A stretch of DNA of 64,000 nt from a virus (IMGVR_UViG_3300025102_000021:784-64783); one strand, 5' to 3'; positions 50,182 through 58,166 are shown, counted from the first letter of the stretch. Numbers and translations: made by a program. The notes: generated from the sequence alone by a model not told the origin.

Positions 50182-50185
50182 AGTT

Positions 50186-50530
50186 TTATTTTTCTGCTTT
50201 TTTAGCGGCCTTCTCCCAAGGAAAGTTCATGCTTCCTTCTTCTGACCACCTGCCGTTATACTTTATTTTACCATCTTTTCTAGGGTACGTTACTCCCTTG
50301 TATCTAACGTAATCATCACCATAAGAAAGCTGACCGTTAGCCATATCTTCAGCGTGTTTACCTTCATGTTTAATTACACGTTTTTCTAAACTACTACCTT
50401 TTGGAACTGATTTATCTACGTAAATACTACCGTCCATATTAGCTTCGCCTAAAACTCCTTTAGCTAAAGTTTTTCTTAGTATTGGACCTTTAAATCCTCT
50501 TTTTTCGTTACCTAACTTAAAGTTTGCCAT
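50186..50530 (-). CDS. Small zincin-like metallopeptidase
   Basis: GEANMDGSIYV strand, VIKHEGKH (HExxH), distal PWEKAA Glu. Confidence 0.7.
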   Translation of the reverse strand: MANFKLGNEKRGFKGPILRKTLAKGVLGEANMDGSIYVDKSVPKGSSLEKRVIKHEGKHAEDMANGQLSYGDDYVRYKGVTYPRKDGKIKYNGRWSEEGSMNFPWEKAAKKAEK

Positions 50531-50970
50531 TATCTGTTTTTGTCGTTAATCATGTCGTCAATAGCTTTATTAAAAACTTTATCAGTATAAGACTTGTTAT
50601 TGTAAAACACACTTCTTTCAGACGTGGGTAAATCTTCTTCACCTAAAAGTATTCTGTATATTCTACTTATTAGCTGGCTGCACTTAAATGAAGTTTTAAA
50701 TATAGAGTATTTAATAGTTGTTCTATTTCTGTGCCTCCAAACTTCTATCCAACCCAGCTTCCTTAGTTTGTCCCATCGAGTTTTATCCCAACTCATGGTA
50801 TAAGTACCATCAATAAATTCTTGTCTTGTAAACCGGCCTTGGCAGTCTAAAAATATTAGTAGTTCAAGATCGGCATCTGTTAACCCGTAAGTCTTACAAG
50901 CCCACTTTCTAGTGAGCCTGTAATACTTTAGGATTTGTAATTCACGTAAATCGTGACTAGTTAGTCTCAC
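50530..50970 (-). CDS. Winged-helix (MarR-like) DNA-binding protein
   Basis: GLTDADLELLIFL...WDKLRKLGWIE pattern. Confidence 0.55.
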   Translation of the reverse strand: MRLTSHDLRELQILKYYRLTRKWACKTYGLTDADLELLIFLDCQGRFTRQEFIDGTYTMSWDKTRWDKLRKLGWIEVWRHRNRTTIKYSIFKTSFKCSQLISRIYRILLGEEDLPTSERSVFYNNKSYTDKVFNKAIDDMINDKNR

Positions 50971-50973
50971 TTA

Positions 50974-51768
50974 CTAAGCCAAAGTAATTTGACAAGCAGT
51001 AATTCCTAAATCAAACTGTCCTGAGAAAGGAACAATTCCATTAGCTACGTCAGTGACAACTATAGGTGTGCCAGCGTAGTCTGCGTTTAAAGCAGCTTGC
51101 ATCATTTCACACGCAGCTTTAAATTTACCAGAACCGTGTACTAATAGTACGTGATCGTCAGCAGCCGTACCAGCTAAAGATTTAAAAGAAAATCTTGTAG
51201 CAGTAGGACTAATAGAATCGGCTCCTAAATAATTAGCAGCAGGTAAAATAACACCATCATTTTCTGTAAATGCTGTTGAAGCAGCGTGCGTGTTAGTTGC
51301 GTTAAGTACAGAGTGAAACGGTATTACTTTATTGTCAGTATCTCCAGCTCCTAGGTAAGAAACAACTCGTACAACTTCACCAGCGTTCAAGTCATAACCA
51401 ACAGCACTTGACTTAGCTGCTATAGTTAGCGTGCCATCTGAAGCGTGTAGACCTAAGTCATCAGAGTGTATTCTAGTTACTTCGCCAGCAGCAACGTTAG
51501 CAGCAGCTGCAAAAGCAGCGCCTGTACTAGCGTCTATTGTGTATTGAGTTCCTCTAGCACCAGATTCAGCGCCATCAGCAGTTACAGTAACAATTAAGTC
51601 TGTAGCAGCTGTTCCTGGGTTTGCTATGTTTCCAAAGCCATCAGCGGCGTCAGTTAGATTTACAGTGTTTGCGTCACCATGACCGGAGTCATGTACGAAG
51701 TTACCTGCAATAGTAAAGCTCTGCTCTCGGTAACCCATAAATCTTAAAAAGTTTTTATTTGCGTTCAT
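50974..51768 (-). CDS. Virion protein, paralogue family member 3 (with insertion)
   Basis: KNFLRF...ILPAANYLGA...DDHVLL...ITACQI, matching the two upstream genes. Confidence 0.65.
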   Translation of the reverse strand: MNANKNFLRFMGYREQSFTIAGNFVHDSGHGDANTVNLTDAADGFGNIANPGTAATDLIVTVTADGAESGARGTQYTIDASTGAAFAAAANVAAGEVTRIHSDDLGLHASDGTLTIAAKSSAVGYDLNAGEVVRVVSYLGAGDTDNKVIPFHSVLNATNTHAASTAFTENDGVILPAANYLGADSISPTATRFSFKSLAGTAADDHVLLVHGSGKFKAACEMMQAALNADYAGTPIVVTDVANGIVPFSGQFDLGITACQITLA

Positions 51769-51792
51769 TTTTTTAGTTTTTATAAGTTAATA

Positions 51793-52146
51793 TTAAACAG
51801 CAGAATCTACTGTACATCCAGTTATATGCTCGCTACAGAACACGTTGTTAGCAACATCAGCTATAACTTGGAATCCATCTCCTGGATTAGCATTAATAGC
51901 AGTTACTAAATCGTCCATAGCTTCTACTAATTTACCTTCTGTTACAGCTAAAACAACTGAGCCTCTACTATTGCCATCACCTACGAATCCTTCGCAAGTC
52001 AAGTAAATAGCATCAACATCAACAGTTCCAGCAATAGCGCCAATAGCAATACCTAAAACTGTAGAAGCAGGTATCATCATAGCTTTGTCATCAGCAGCTG
52101 GTTCAGCTGTGTGAGCGTTTAAATATAAATAATTTTCTCCTTTCAT
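51793..52146 (-). CDS. Virion protein, paralogue family member 2
   Basis: ENYLYL...MIPASTVLG...ITGCTV. Confidence 0.65.
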   Translation of the reverse strand: MKGENYLYLNAHTAEPAADDKAMMIPASTVLGIAIGAIAGTVDVDAIYLTCEGFVGDGNSRGSVVLAVTEGKLVEAMDDLVTAINANPGDGFQVIADVANNVFCSEHITGCTVDSAV

Positions 52147-52150
52147 AGTT

Positions 52151-52486
52151 TTACGATGCCGTTGTTATTACGAGAGTGTTTGTTCCAGATAAGAAGTTTT
52201 TAGCTTCTCCTACAAAGTCAGTTTGAAAAAACAAACCACCTCTTGGGTTAGACAATACCGCAGCTAATTCCTGCATTAATAATTTTACGTTAGATGTTCC
52301 CATTGTAATAACAACAGTATCATCTGTAGCTGCTCCGTTTCTAGAAGCAAAATGTAAAGTCACTGCAGCAGAGCCCGTTACATTTGCGCCTAAAAAACTA
52401 GAAGAGCTAAACATTTGGCCATCGCCAGTAGCGTCAGCTGCATCTGTTCCTTCGTTAAAGAACAAATAATTTTCATTGTAAGCCAT
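52151..52486 (-). CDS. Virion protein, paralogue family member 1
   Basis: ENYLFF...MFSSSSFLGA...DDTVVI. Confidence 0.65.
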   Translation of the reverse strand: MAYNENYLFFNEGTDAADATGDGQMFSSSSFLGANVTGSAAVTLHFASRNGAATDDTVVITMGTSNVKLLMQELAAVLSNPRGGLFFQTDFVGEAKNFLSGTNTLVITTAS

Positions 52487-52561
52487 TTTTTAAAATGTTT
52501 TGATTAATAAATAATTTGTTTAAAGATTTTGTGTTTAAGGATTGTGGTTTATAGTTTGTGT

Positions 52562-52819
52562 TTAATCTACTAATACAATATCACTTGATTTAATAACAAA
52601 ATAAAGTTTGTCATCAAACTCTATTCCATGCCCAGCTCTTTTGTCATAGTACACCGTGTCGCCGTCTACAACACCCTCTACTAAATTGCCTGTTGATACA
52701 ACTAAACCTTTTAAATATCTAGTATCCTCAGCAAGCTCTTCAGTTAATATAAGACCACCTACTTTCTTTTCAGTGGTCTTTATTTTATCTACAACTACGT
52801 AATTATTTATTGCTTTCAT
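52562..52819 (-). CDS. groES: Co-chaperonin GroES
   Basis: KKVGGLIL mobile loop, GLVVSTG, GDTVYY, SDIV. Confidence 0.9.
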   Translation of the reverse strand: MKAINNYVVVDKIKTTEKKVGGLILTEELAEDTRYLKGLVVSTGNLVEGVVDGDTVYYDKRAGHGIEFDDKLYFVIKSSDIVLVD

Positions 52820-54377
52820 AATCTTCTTGTCTAGCGTTTGAAATTACACAATCTGCAGATACTATAGTGTTTACTACGCTTACCGCGTTTTTTAGCGCCG
52901 ATTTTGTAACCAAAACCGGATCTATTATTCCTGATTTAACCATATCAACCTCTTCGCCGGTAACAACATCAACGCCGCGCCCATACTTAGATGGGTAGCC
53001 TAGCATTTCAAAACCAGCGTTCTGCATTATAGTTATAAATGGAGCTTTAATAGCATCGAGAAGGATGCGTTCACCCTCGTTAGAGGGTTCGATTTTTTGA
53101 AAAGCGTTAAGGAGGGCAATACCACCTCCAGGTACTATACCTTCTTTCAAAGCTGCTTTTGTTGCGTAGATCGCATCTTCAACCCTATCCTTCTTTTCTT
53201 TGAGCTCGACTTTAGAATCAGCACCGACCTTAATAACGCCAACTGAACCTGATAGCATAGACAATCTTTGTTCCAGCTTCTTTTTAAAAAAACCATTCTT
53301 TTCATCAGCTATTAGTTTGTTTACTTGATCTATTCTTTCTTCTAGTTCTTCAACGTCCGTATCTATGGTTAGTACAGTAGTTTTATCGTCTGTAGCTGAG
53401 TATTCAGCTTCTCCAAGCATTTCTATAGTCATAGAGTCTAGATCGTCCCCTAGCTCTTCGTTTAGCACAGTGGCACCAGTAAGTATAGCTAGATCTTCGC
53501 AAGTATCCTTTTTGGTAGGACCAAAGCCTGGTAAGTCGATAATATTAACTTTAATATTGCCTTTTACCTTGTTCATTAAAAGCGCAGACTTTACTTGCTG
53601 CGATACTGTCGCTACTATAAGTAAAGATCTGTTCTGTTTTATAACGTACTCTAATATGCTCTGTATTTTACGTACGTTAGGTATTTCAGACATGCATATT
53701 AATACTAGAGGATTATCTAGCTCTGCTTTTTGTTTGTCTGTGTTTGTTACGAAATGAGGTGATGTTAACCCACAGTCTATTTGCACGCCGTCAGTTACAT
53801 CTACGTAAGTTTCTTCTGTCTCAGACTCTTCCATTATAACAACACCATCTTTACCTACTTCATTGTAGGCCTGCGCTATTATAGCTCCAAGCTGAGAATC
53901 GTTGTTGCAAGATATTGAAGCAACACTTTCTAGCGTTCCATCAGTAACTTCTATCTTTATAGAATCTAAATAGTCGTTTATCTTGACTAATCCAGACTCT
54001 ATGCCATTCCTTACTTCTCTTGCTGTTGCACTATCTTTAGAACTGTTGATAGTGTTTAGTAGTGATTCAGCTAGTACTGTAGCGGTGGTTGTTCCATCAC
54101 CTGCTTCTCTAACTGTATTCTTAGCAGCTTCTTTTATAAGTGTTGCTCCTAAGTTTTCTACCGGATCATATAAGACTACGCTTTCTGCAACGGTTACACC
54201 GTCTTTTGTGATCACCGGTATGCCGCGCGCGTCTTCATATATAACGCATCGGCCGGATGCTCCAAGTGTTGATTTTACTGCTTTAGCTAGTTTTTCAACA
54301 CCAGCACCAATTTTAGATTTAGCATCCTGACCAAAGTTTAGTTCTTTGATCAGGAGACTAGGATTGTTGTACTCCAT
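52803..54377 (-). CDS. groEL: Chaperonin GroEL
   Basis: ITKDGVTVA, AGDGTTTATVLA, PGFG, KEKKDRVEDA, GIVPGGG, GIIDP. No GGM tail. Confidence 0.97.
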   Translation of the reverse strand: MEYNNPSLLIKELNFGQDAKSKIGAGVEKLAKAVKSTLGASGRCVIYEDARGIPVITKDGVTVAESVVLYDPVENLGATLIKEAAKNTVREAGDGTTTATVLAESLLNTINSSKDSATAREVRNGIESGLVKINDYLDSIKIEVTDGTLESVASISCNNDSQLGAIIAQAYNEVGKDGVVIMEESETEETYVDVTDGVQIDCGLTSPHFVTNTDKQKAELDNPLVLICMSEIPNVRKIQSILEYVIKQNRSLLIVATVSQQVKSALLMNKVKGNIKVNIIDLPGFGPTKKDTCEDLAILTGATVLNEELGDDLDSMTIEMLGEAEYSATDDKTTVLTIDTDVEELEERIDQVNKLIADEKNGFFKKKLEQRLSMLSGSVGVIKVGADSKVELKEKKDRVEDAIYATKAALKEGIVPGGGIALLNAFQKIEPSNEGERILLDAIKAPFITIMQNAGFEMLGYPSKYGRGVDVVTGEEVDMVKSGIIDPVLVTKSALKNAVSVVNTIVSADCVISNARQEDYESNK

Positions 54378-54408
54378 TTAATTTGATTTAATTTAATTTA
54401 TATTGAGT

Positions 54409-54702
54409 TTATTTGAATGTCTTTACAACTTTCGGTCCTTTGGTAGCTTCTAACTTTTTAGAGAAGTGGTCGATGCTTCCATCAATTGCTGACTCAGCTC
54501 CTTCCATTGTCTCTCGACGCGTGACGTCATGCCACTCTTCGTTCTTAGGGTTAGATACTTCGGTTTGATAATAACCATTAGGCAACTGAGTTATCCTCCA
54601 GTTCTCCTTGTTAGCCAAGTGCTCCCACTCTGCTTTGGTTTTATCGTTCACTTTTAGTTGACCACCTGCCGTTGAGGTAGTCTGGTAATATAGGTACGTC
54701 AT
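54409..54702 (-). CDS. Hypothetical protein
   Basis: 97-aa ORF with an A/T-rich leader. Confidence 0.75.
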   Translation of the reverse strand: MTYLYYQTTSTAGGQLKVNDKTKAEWEHLANKENWRITQLPNGYYQTEVSNPKNEEWHDVTRRETMEGAESAIDGSIDHFSKKLEATKGPKVVKTFK

Positions 54703-54743
54703 AATAATTTGGTTTTAGGTTAATAACGTGGTTTACGGATTTG

Positions 54744-55424
54744 TTAGGCTCCGTAATAGCCTTTCTTATAATTCTTTAATGCTGACTTCTCTGTTTTCGA
54801 TGCATGTACTGCTTTACGCTGTGCGTCAGACTTGTATTTCTTAACAGCAGAACCACCTTCACGAACAAACTTAAGTTTTCCTTGTTTCTTTGCTCGAGAT
54901 AAAGACGTCATTTCACCACTTGCTGTTCTAGCGAACTTAGCACCATCATTACCGTCAACAATTTCAACTTTACGTCCGTTCACTGTGTAGTAGCCTTTAG
55001 GTTTTTTGTTAGCTGTAACTGTTACCTCAGGAATATCAGCCTTCATTGGAGACTTGCCACCTTCTTTTTTCTTGTTTTCAGCGTCTCTTCTTCTTTTCTC
55101 GTCCATAGAAATTGACCCTTTAGACATCAACTCGCGTTGAGCTTGTCTTGCCGTATCATCACCGCCAGCCTTCATAGTTTCGCGAAGCTCATTTTCTTTT
55201 GATTTTCTAGCTTTAGACTTTTCTGCGTTGGCCATAGCCTTTTTGTATCTCTCAGAGTTTTTGTCTACAGATCCATCTGGATTATAACCTTCTTCTACGT
55301 TTTTGTAAGGTGATTTTTTCTGTAGTGCAGAAGATCCTGGTCTTCCGTCAGCTGTTCTGTCAGCTTTTCTTTGATTTATTCCTGGAAGAGTGTGACCCTT
55401 CATTTTAAACGGCTTGTAGCTCAT
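54744..55424 (-). CDS. Highly basic protein
   Basis: MSYKPFKMKG...KSPYK...KSPMK...KSALK. Confidence 0.72.
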   Translation of the reverse strand: MSYKPFKMKGHTLPGINQRKADRTADGRPGSSALQKKSPYKNVEEGYNPDGSVDKNSERYKKAMANAEKSKARKSKENELRETMKAGGDDTARQAQRELMSKGSISMDEKRRRDAENKKKEGGKSPMKADIPEVTVTANKKPKGYYTVNGRKVEIVDGNDGAKFARTASGEMTSLSRAKKQGKLKFVREGGSAVKKYKSDAQRKAVHASKTEKSALKNYKKGYYGA

Positions 55425-55462
55425 TGTTTTTTGTTTTAGATTAATCTTTTTTTATCGATGTA

Positions 55463-55696
55463 TTAGTAATTACGTGCTTTACCCTCTTTTTTAGTTCCTT
55501 CACCGTCGTTACCGCGGTTAGCTTTGACAGATTTGAACTTGCCATCTTTATGATCGTAGTCTTTTTCTTTCATTTCTGGGTTATCACGGTGCTTTTTTTG
55601 ATTTTCGGCCTTTTTTTTACGTCTAGCAGGCGTCATAGCCGCTTTTTTATCACGTATAGCCTTCATTCGACGTGCTGTAGGTGTTAAATTTTGCAT
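55463..55696 (-). CDS. Small basic protein, degenerate HNH-like
   Basis: DYDHKDGKFKSVKANRG. Confidence 0.55.
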   Translation of the reverse strand: MQNLTPTARRMKAIRDKKAAMTPARRKKKAENQKKHRDNPEMKEKDYDHKDGKFKSVKANRGNDGEGTKKEGKARNY

Positions 55697-55699
55697 TTA

Positions 55700-55981
55700 C
55701 TAGTGCGTTTTTCTAGTTTTAAACATGCCTAATTTCTTTACTGGGTTTCTATTTACGCCAGCAACAGGCTTTGGCCCACGGTAAAACATACCACTAGACC
55801 CTTGTTTTGCTTTATTGTTTGGATTAAACTCAGAAGACTCGTTCATTTCACCGGGCTCTCTACCTTGTGCTCTTGCAGCTGTAGCTTTTGGATCAGAACC
55901 AGGGCCACCAGCTAGGTTAGCACACTCTTGTTGTAAGCTTCTACTTTTTCTTTTACCGAATAATTTGTATGGTGATTTCAT
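55700..55981 (-). CDS. Small basic protein (first late gene)
   Basis: MKSPYKLFG. Preceded by GTGATAATA. Confidence 0.65.
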   Translation of the reverse strand: MKSPYKLFGKRKSRSLQQECANLAGGPGSDPKATAARAQGREPGEMNESSEFNPNNKAKQGSSGMFYRGPKPVAGVNRNPVKKLGMFKTRKTH

Positions 55982-56000
55982 AGTTATTGTTTTACCTTTA

Positions 56001-56009
56001 TATTATCAC
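56001..56009 (-). promoter_or_regulatory. Putative late promoter element GTGATAATA
   Basis: The same GTRATAATA occurs on the minus strand in intergenic gaps at 29432-29440, 27008-27016, 16091-16099 and 12867-12875. Confidence 0.55.
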
Positions 56010-56031
56010 GTAAACATAGATAAACGTTAAA

Positions 56032-56085
56032 AGTGTGACAATTGCCCCTTACTCTTACTTTCTTAATAGCCTAGTGTCACAGTTT
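56032..56085. promoter_or_regulatory. TGTGACA-N34-TGTCACA dyad, copy 2 (at the divergence point)
   Basis: AGTGTGACAATTGCCCCT...TAATAGCCTAGTGTCACAGTTT matches 1370-1421. Confidence 0.7.
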
Positions 56086-56226
56086 TGATATTGTAAATAT
56101 AGGAGTATAGTGTAGCCCCTACCTTTCTACCTACCGCCCCCTAATACAAAAGTCAAACCTTTTAGCCAGCCCTACCTCGTCGTTTCCATTTCCGTTTATC
56201 GTTTTGTTTTTGTGTATAGCATTTGT

Positions 56227-56259
56227 ACAAATCAACTACGATACTATATAGATATTATA
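56227..56259 (+). promoter_or_regulatory. Putative early promoter, copy 1
   Basis: ACAAATCAACTACG-N10-GATATTATA. Confidence 0.7.
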
Positions 56260-56302
56260 TATGTAACAAATAACTAATATTAACTTAAATAAATTAAATA
56301 CT

Positions 56303-56536
56303 ATGTCTACATTAAATCTCACTAAAAAGCGTTTCGTAATCTCTAAATCTTTAATCGGTCAAAATGCGATCATTACATTCACTAATAAAAAGAATGAAAC
56401 GTATACTTACGATCACGATGCAGTATACTCTGCTAATCAAGAAAAGTTTGAAACTATGAATTGCTTTCAACAATATGGTAATTACACTAACAGTAATAAC
56501 TTACCAACTTTCGCTAGAGAGTTTCAAGTAAAGTAA
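56303..56536 (+). CDS. Early protein, paralogue of 57779-58012
   Basis: KKRFVISK.LIG...FTNKK...YDHDAVY..NQEKFETM.CFQ.YGNYT is shared. Confidence 0.85.
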   Translation: MSTLNLTKKRFVISKSLIGQNAIITFTNKKNETYTYDHDAVYSANQEKFETMNCFQQYGNYTNSNNLPTFAREFQVK

Positions 56537-56582
56537 TACTGACGAGATCTCAATGATCGAAACTACTTCGGTAGTCTATTAC
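56533..56582 (+). ncRNA. Hammerhead ribozyme, type I (copy 1); predicted cut after GUC at 56576
   Basis: GTAATA-CTGACGA-GATC[TCAAT]GATC-GAAA-CTAC[TTCG]GTAG-TC-TATTAC: full core and three stems. Confidence 0.93.
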
Positions 56583-56593
56583 AATCTAATAAT

Positions 56594-56626
56594 ACAAACC
56601 TAATACGAGGTATATCGGATAATATA
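56594..56626 (+). promoter_or_regulatory. Putative early promoter, copy 2
   Basis: ACAAACCTAATACG-N10-GATAATATA. Confidence 0.78.
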
Positions 56627-56660
56627 ACTGAATATAAACTAATAAATAAATTAAATTACT

Positions 56661-56828
56661 ATGCAAGATTACATTACTCACTACGTTACTGGATTCGAAA
56701 ACTTAAAAACAATACTTGATCAATTGTCATTAGATCCACTAGTTGAGGATTACACCTATGAGATTGAATCACGAGGAGAAACTGATGATGATCACTTCTA
56801 CTTTGTACAGATTCTTACAACAAAGTAA
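56661..56828 (+). CDS. Small acidic early protein (55 aa)
   Basis: Hand-translated MQDYITHYVTGFENL...VQILTTK. A/T-rich leader. The stop lies in hammerhead stem I. Confidence 0.7.
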   Translation: MQDYITHYVTGFENLKTILDQLSLDPLVEDYTYEIESRGETDDDHFYFVQILTTK

Positions 56829-56879
56829 TACTGATGAGATCTTACAGATCGAAACACTCGGGAACGTGTGTCTATTACT
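56824..56879 (+). ncRNA. Hammerhead ribozyme, type I (copy 2); predicted cut after GUC at 56872
   Basis: AGTAATA-CTGATGA-GATC[TTACA]GATC-GAAA-CACTCG[GGAA]CGTGTG-TC-TATTACT. Confidence 0.93.
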
Positions 56880-56897
56880 AAACTAATTAATACTAAT

Positions 56898-56987
56898 ATG
56901 GAAATTATACATGATATTACTATACTAATTACACTTGGAATTATTTTACAATTTATTGAAAAGTGTATTGTTCACTCAGAGAAGTGA
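56898..56987 (+). CDS. Small hydrophobic peptide (29 aa)
   Basis: MEIIHDITILITLGIILQFIEKCIVHSEK. Confidence 0.4.
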   Translation: MEIIHDITILITLGIILQFIEKCIVHSEK

Positions 56988-57040
56988 TGGTATACTACAC
57001 AACAATTATTATTCACTAAACAAACAAACTACTTTTACTT

Positions 57041-57169
57041 ATGTTCAAAAATACACAAAAAGAATACATACAATACTTAGAAACTCAAATGAATTACTTT
57101 AAAAGATTTGATAAAGATATGTATATTCACTACAGAAATAAACTTCGTAAAGTATTGAATACAAAATAA
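57041..57169 (+). CDS. Small early protein (42 aa)
   Basis: MFKNTQKEYIQYLETQMNYF...VLNTK. The stop overlaps promoter copy 3. Confidence 0.5.
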   Translation: MFKNTQKEYIQYLETQMNYFKRFDKDMYIHYRNKLRKVLNTK

Positions 57170-57193
57170 ATACGGAGTCAATCAGATAATATA
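57161..57193 (+). promoter_or_regulatory. Putative early promoter, copy 3
   Basis: ACAAAATAAATACG-N10-GATAATATA. Confidence 0.8.
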
Positions 57194-57275
57194 TATGAAT
57201 TTAAACTTATAATAATATAAATTAAATTCTTTAAATAAAATAAAATTATAAACTTTTAAAATTAAATTATATACT

Positions 57276-57512
57276 ATGTCAAATACTATTAAAAACTCTC
57301 AAATCAAAATCTTAAAAATAAATAATAAAACTTATTTACCATATCAATTACATCAACTTCCAAAGTTCTTTGATAAATATACAACTGACTTCTTTAACTT
57401 AAAAGGTTACTGTTATATAAACTTAGAAGATCACTCTGATAATTTTAATCTTCAAAACTTTAAAAATAGATTAACATTCCATAAAAACTTATCAGGTAGT
57501 TTATCTCGATAA
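57276..57512 (+). CDS. Early hypothetical protein
   Basis: 78-aa ORF. Confidence 0.7.
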   Translation: MSNTIKNSQIKILKINNKTYLPYQLHQLPKFFDKYTTDFFNLKGYCYINLEDHSDNFNLQNFKNRLTFHKNLSGSLSR

Positions 57513-57544
57513 CAAATTAAATACGGACAAGTACAGATAATATA
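57512..57544 (+). promoter_or_regulatory. Putative early promoter, copy 4
   Basis: ACAAATTAAATACG-N10-GATAATATA. Confidence 0.8.
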
Positions 57545-57569
57545 AATGAATCTAATAAATAAAAAGAAT

Positions 57570-57767
57570 ATGTCAAAGAAAATAATTAATAAAGTTGTAG
57601 ATGAAACAGTAGATACAATAATAGATAATATAGATGAAGTACTAGTAGATTATATGTATGAGTATGGAGACTATGAAGAGTCAGACGATGTATTCTTTGA
57701 TAATAAAGAAGAAATGTTTGTCAAGGTAATAATAGAATTAAATAATAGAATTAATAACAATAAATAA
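57570..57767 (+). CDS. Small acidic early protein
   Basis: MSKKIINKVVDE..., D/E rich. Start moved to leave a leader after the promoter. Confidence 0.65.
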   Translation: MSKKIINKVVDETVDTIIDNIDEVLVDYMYEYGDYEESDDVFFDNKEEMFVKVIIELNNRINNNK

Positions 57768-57778
57768 AATTAGAAATT

Positions 57779-58012
57779 ATGTCAAATGTAGTAGAAAAAA
57801 AGAGATTTGTAGTCTCAAAAGGATTAGTAGGTAAAGGAGTAGTAATACAGTTTACGAATAAAAAAGGTGATACGATCAAGTATGATCACGATGGTGTCTA
57901 CGCTCTCAATCAAGAGAAACTAGAAACTATGGAGTGTTTCCAAAAGTATGGTAACTATACTTCATCAAACAATATTCCTTCATGGGCGAAAGGTGCTCAG
58001 ATCGAAGAGTAG
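57779..58012 (+). CDS. Early protein, paralogue of 56303-56536
   Basis: Both are 77 aa and clearly colinear. Confidence 0.85.
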   Translation: MSNVVEKKRFVVSKGLVGKGVVIQFTNKKGDTIKYDHDGVYALNQEKLETMECFQKYGNYTSSNNIPSWAKGAQIEE

Positions 58013-58166
58013 TGTAAATAAGTCGAAAGATCGCTCCACGTGGTGAACAACGTAAATCGTGGTACTACTAAAATAAAGTCCAGTTAGTTTAGTGTTTACT
58101 GGTAAATCAAATATGAACACATAAGTGTAAATGGTTAATGGTGGTTCGACTCCACTCTACACTACT
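58009..58166 (+). ncRNA. tRNA-like structured RNA (acceptor-like stem + T-arm enclosing a pseudoknot)
   Basis: GTAGTGTA (58009-16) pairs with TACACTAC (58158-65). T-arm GGTGG-TTCGACT-CCACT. Inner CCAGT/ACTGG stem whose loop GTGTTT can pair with GAACAC. Confidence 0.55.
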
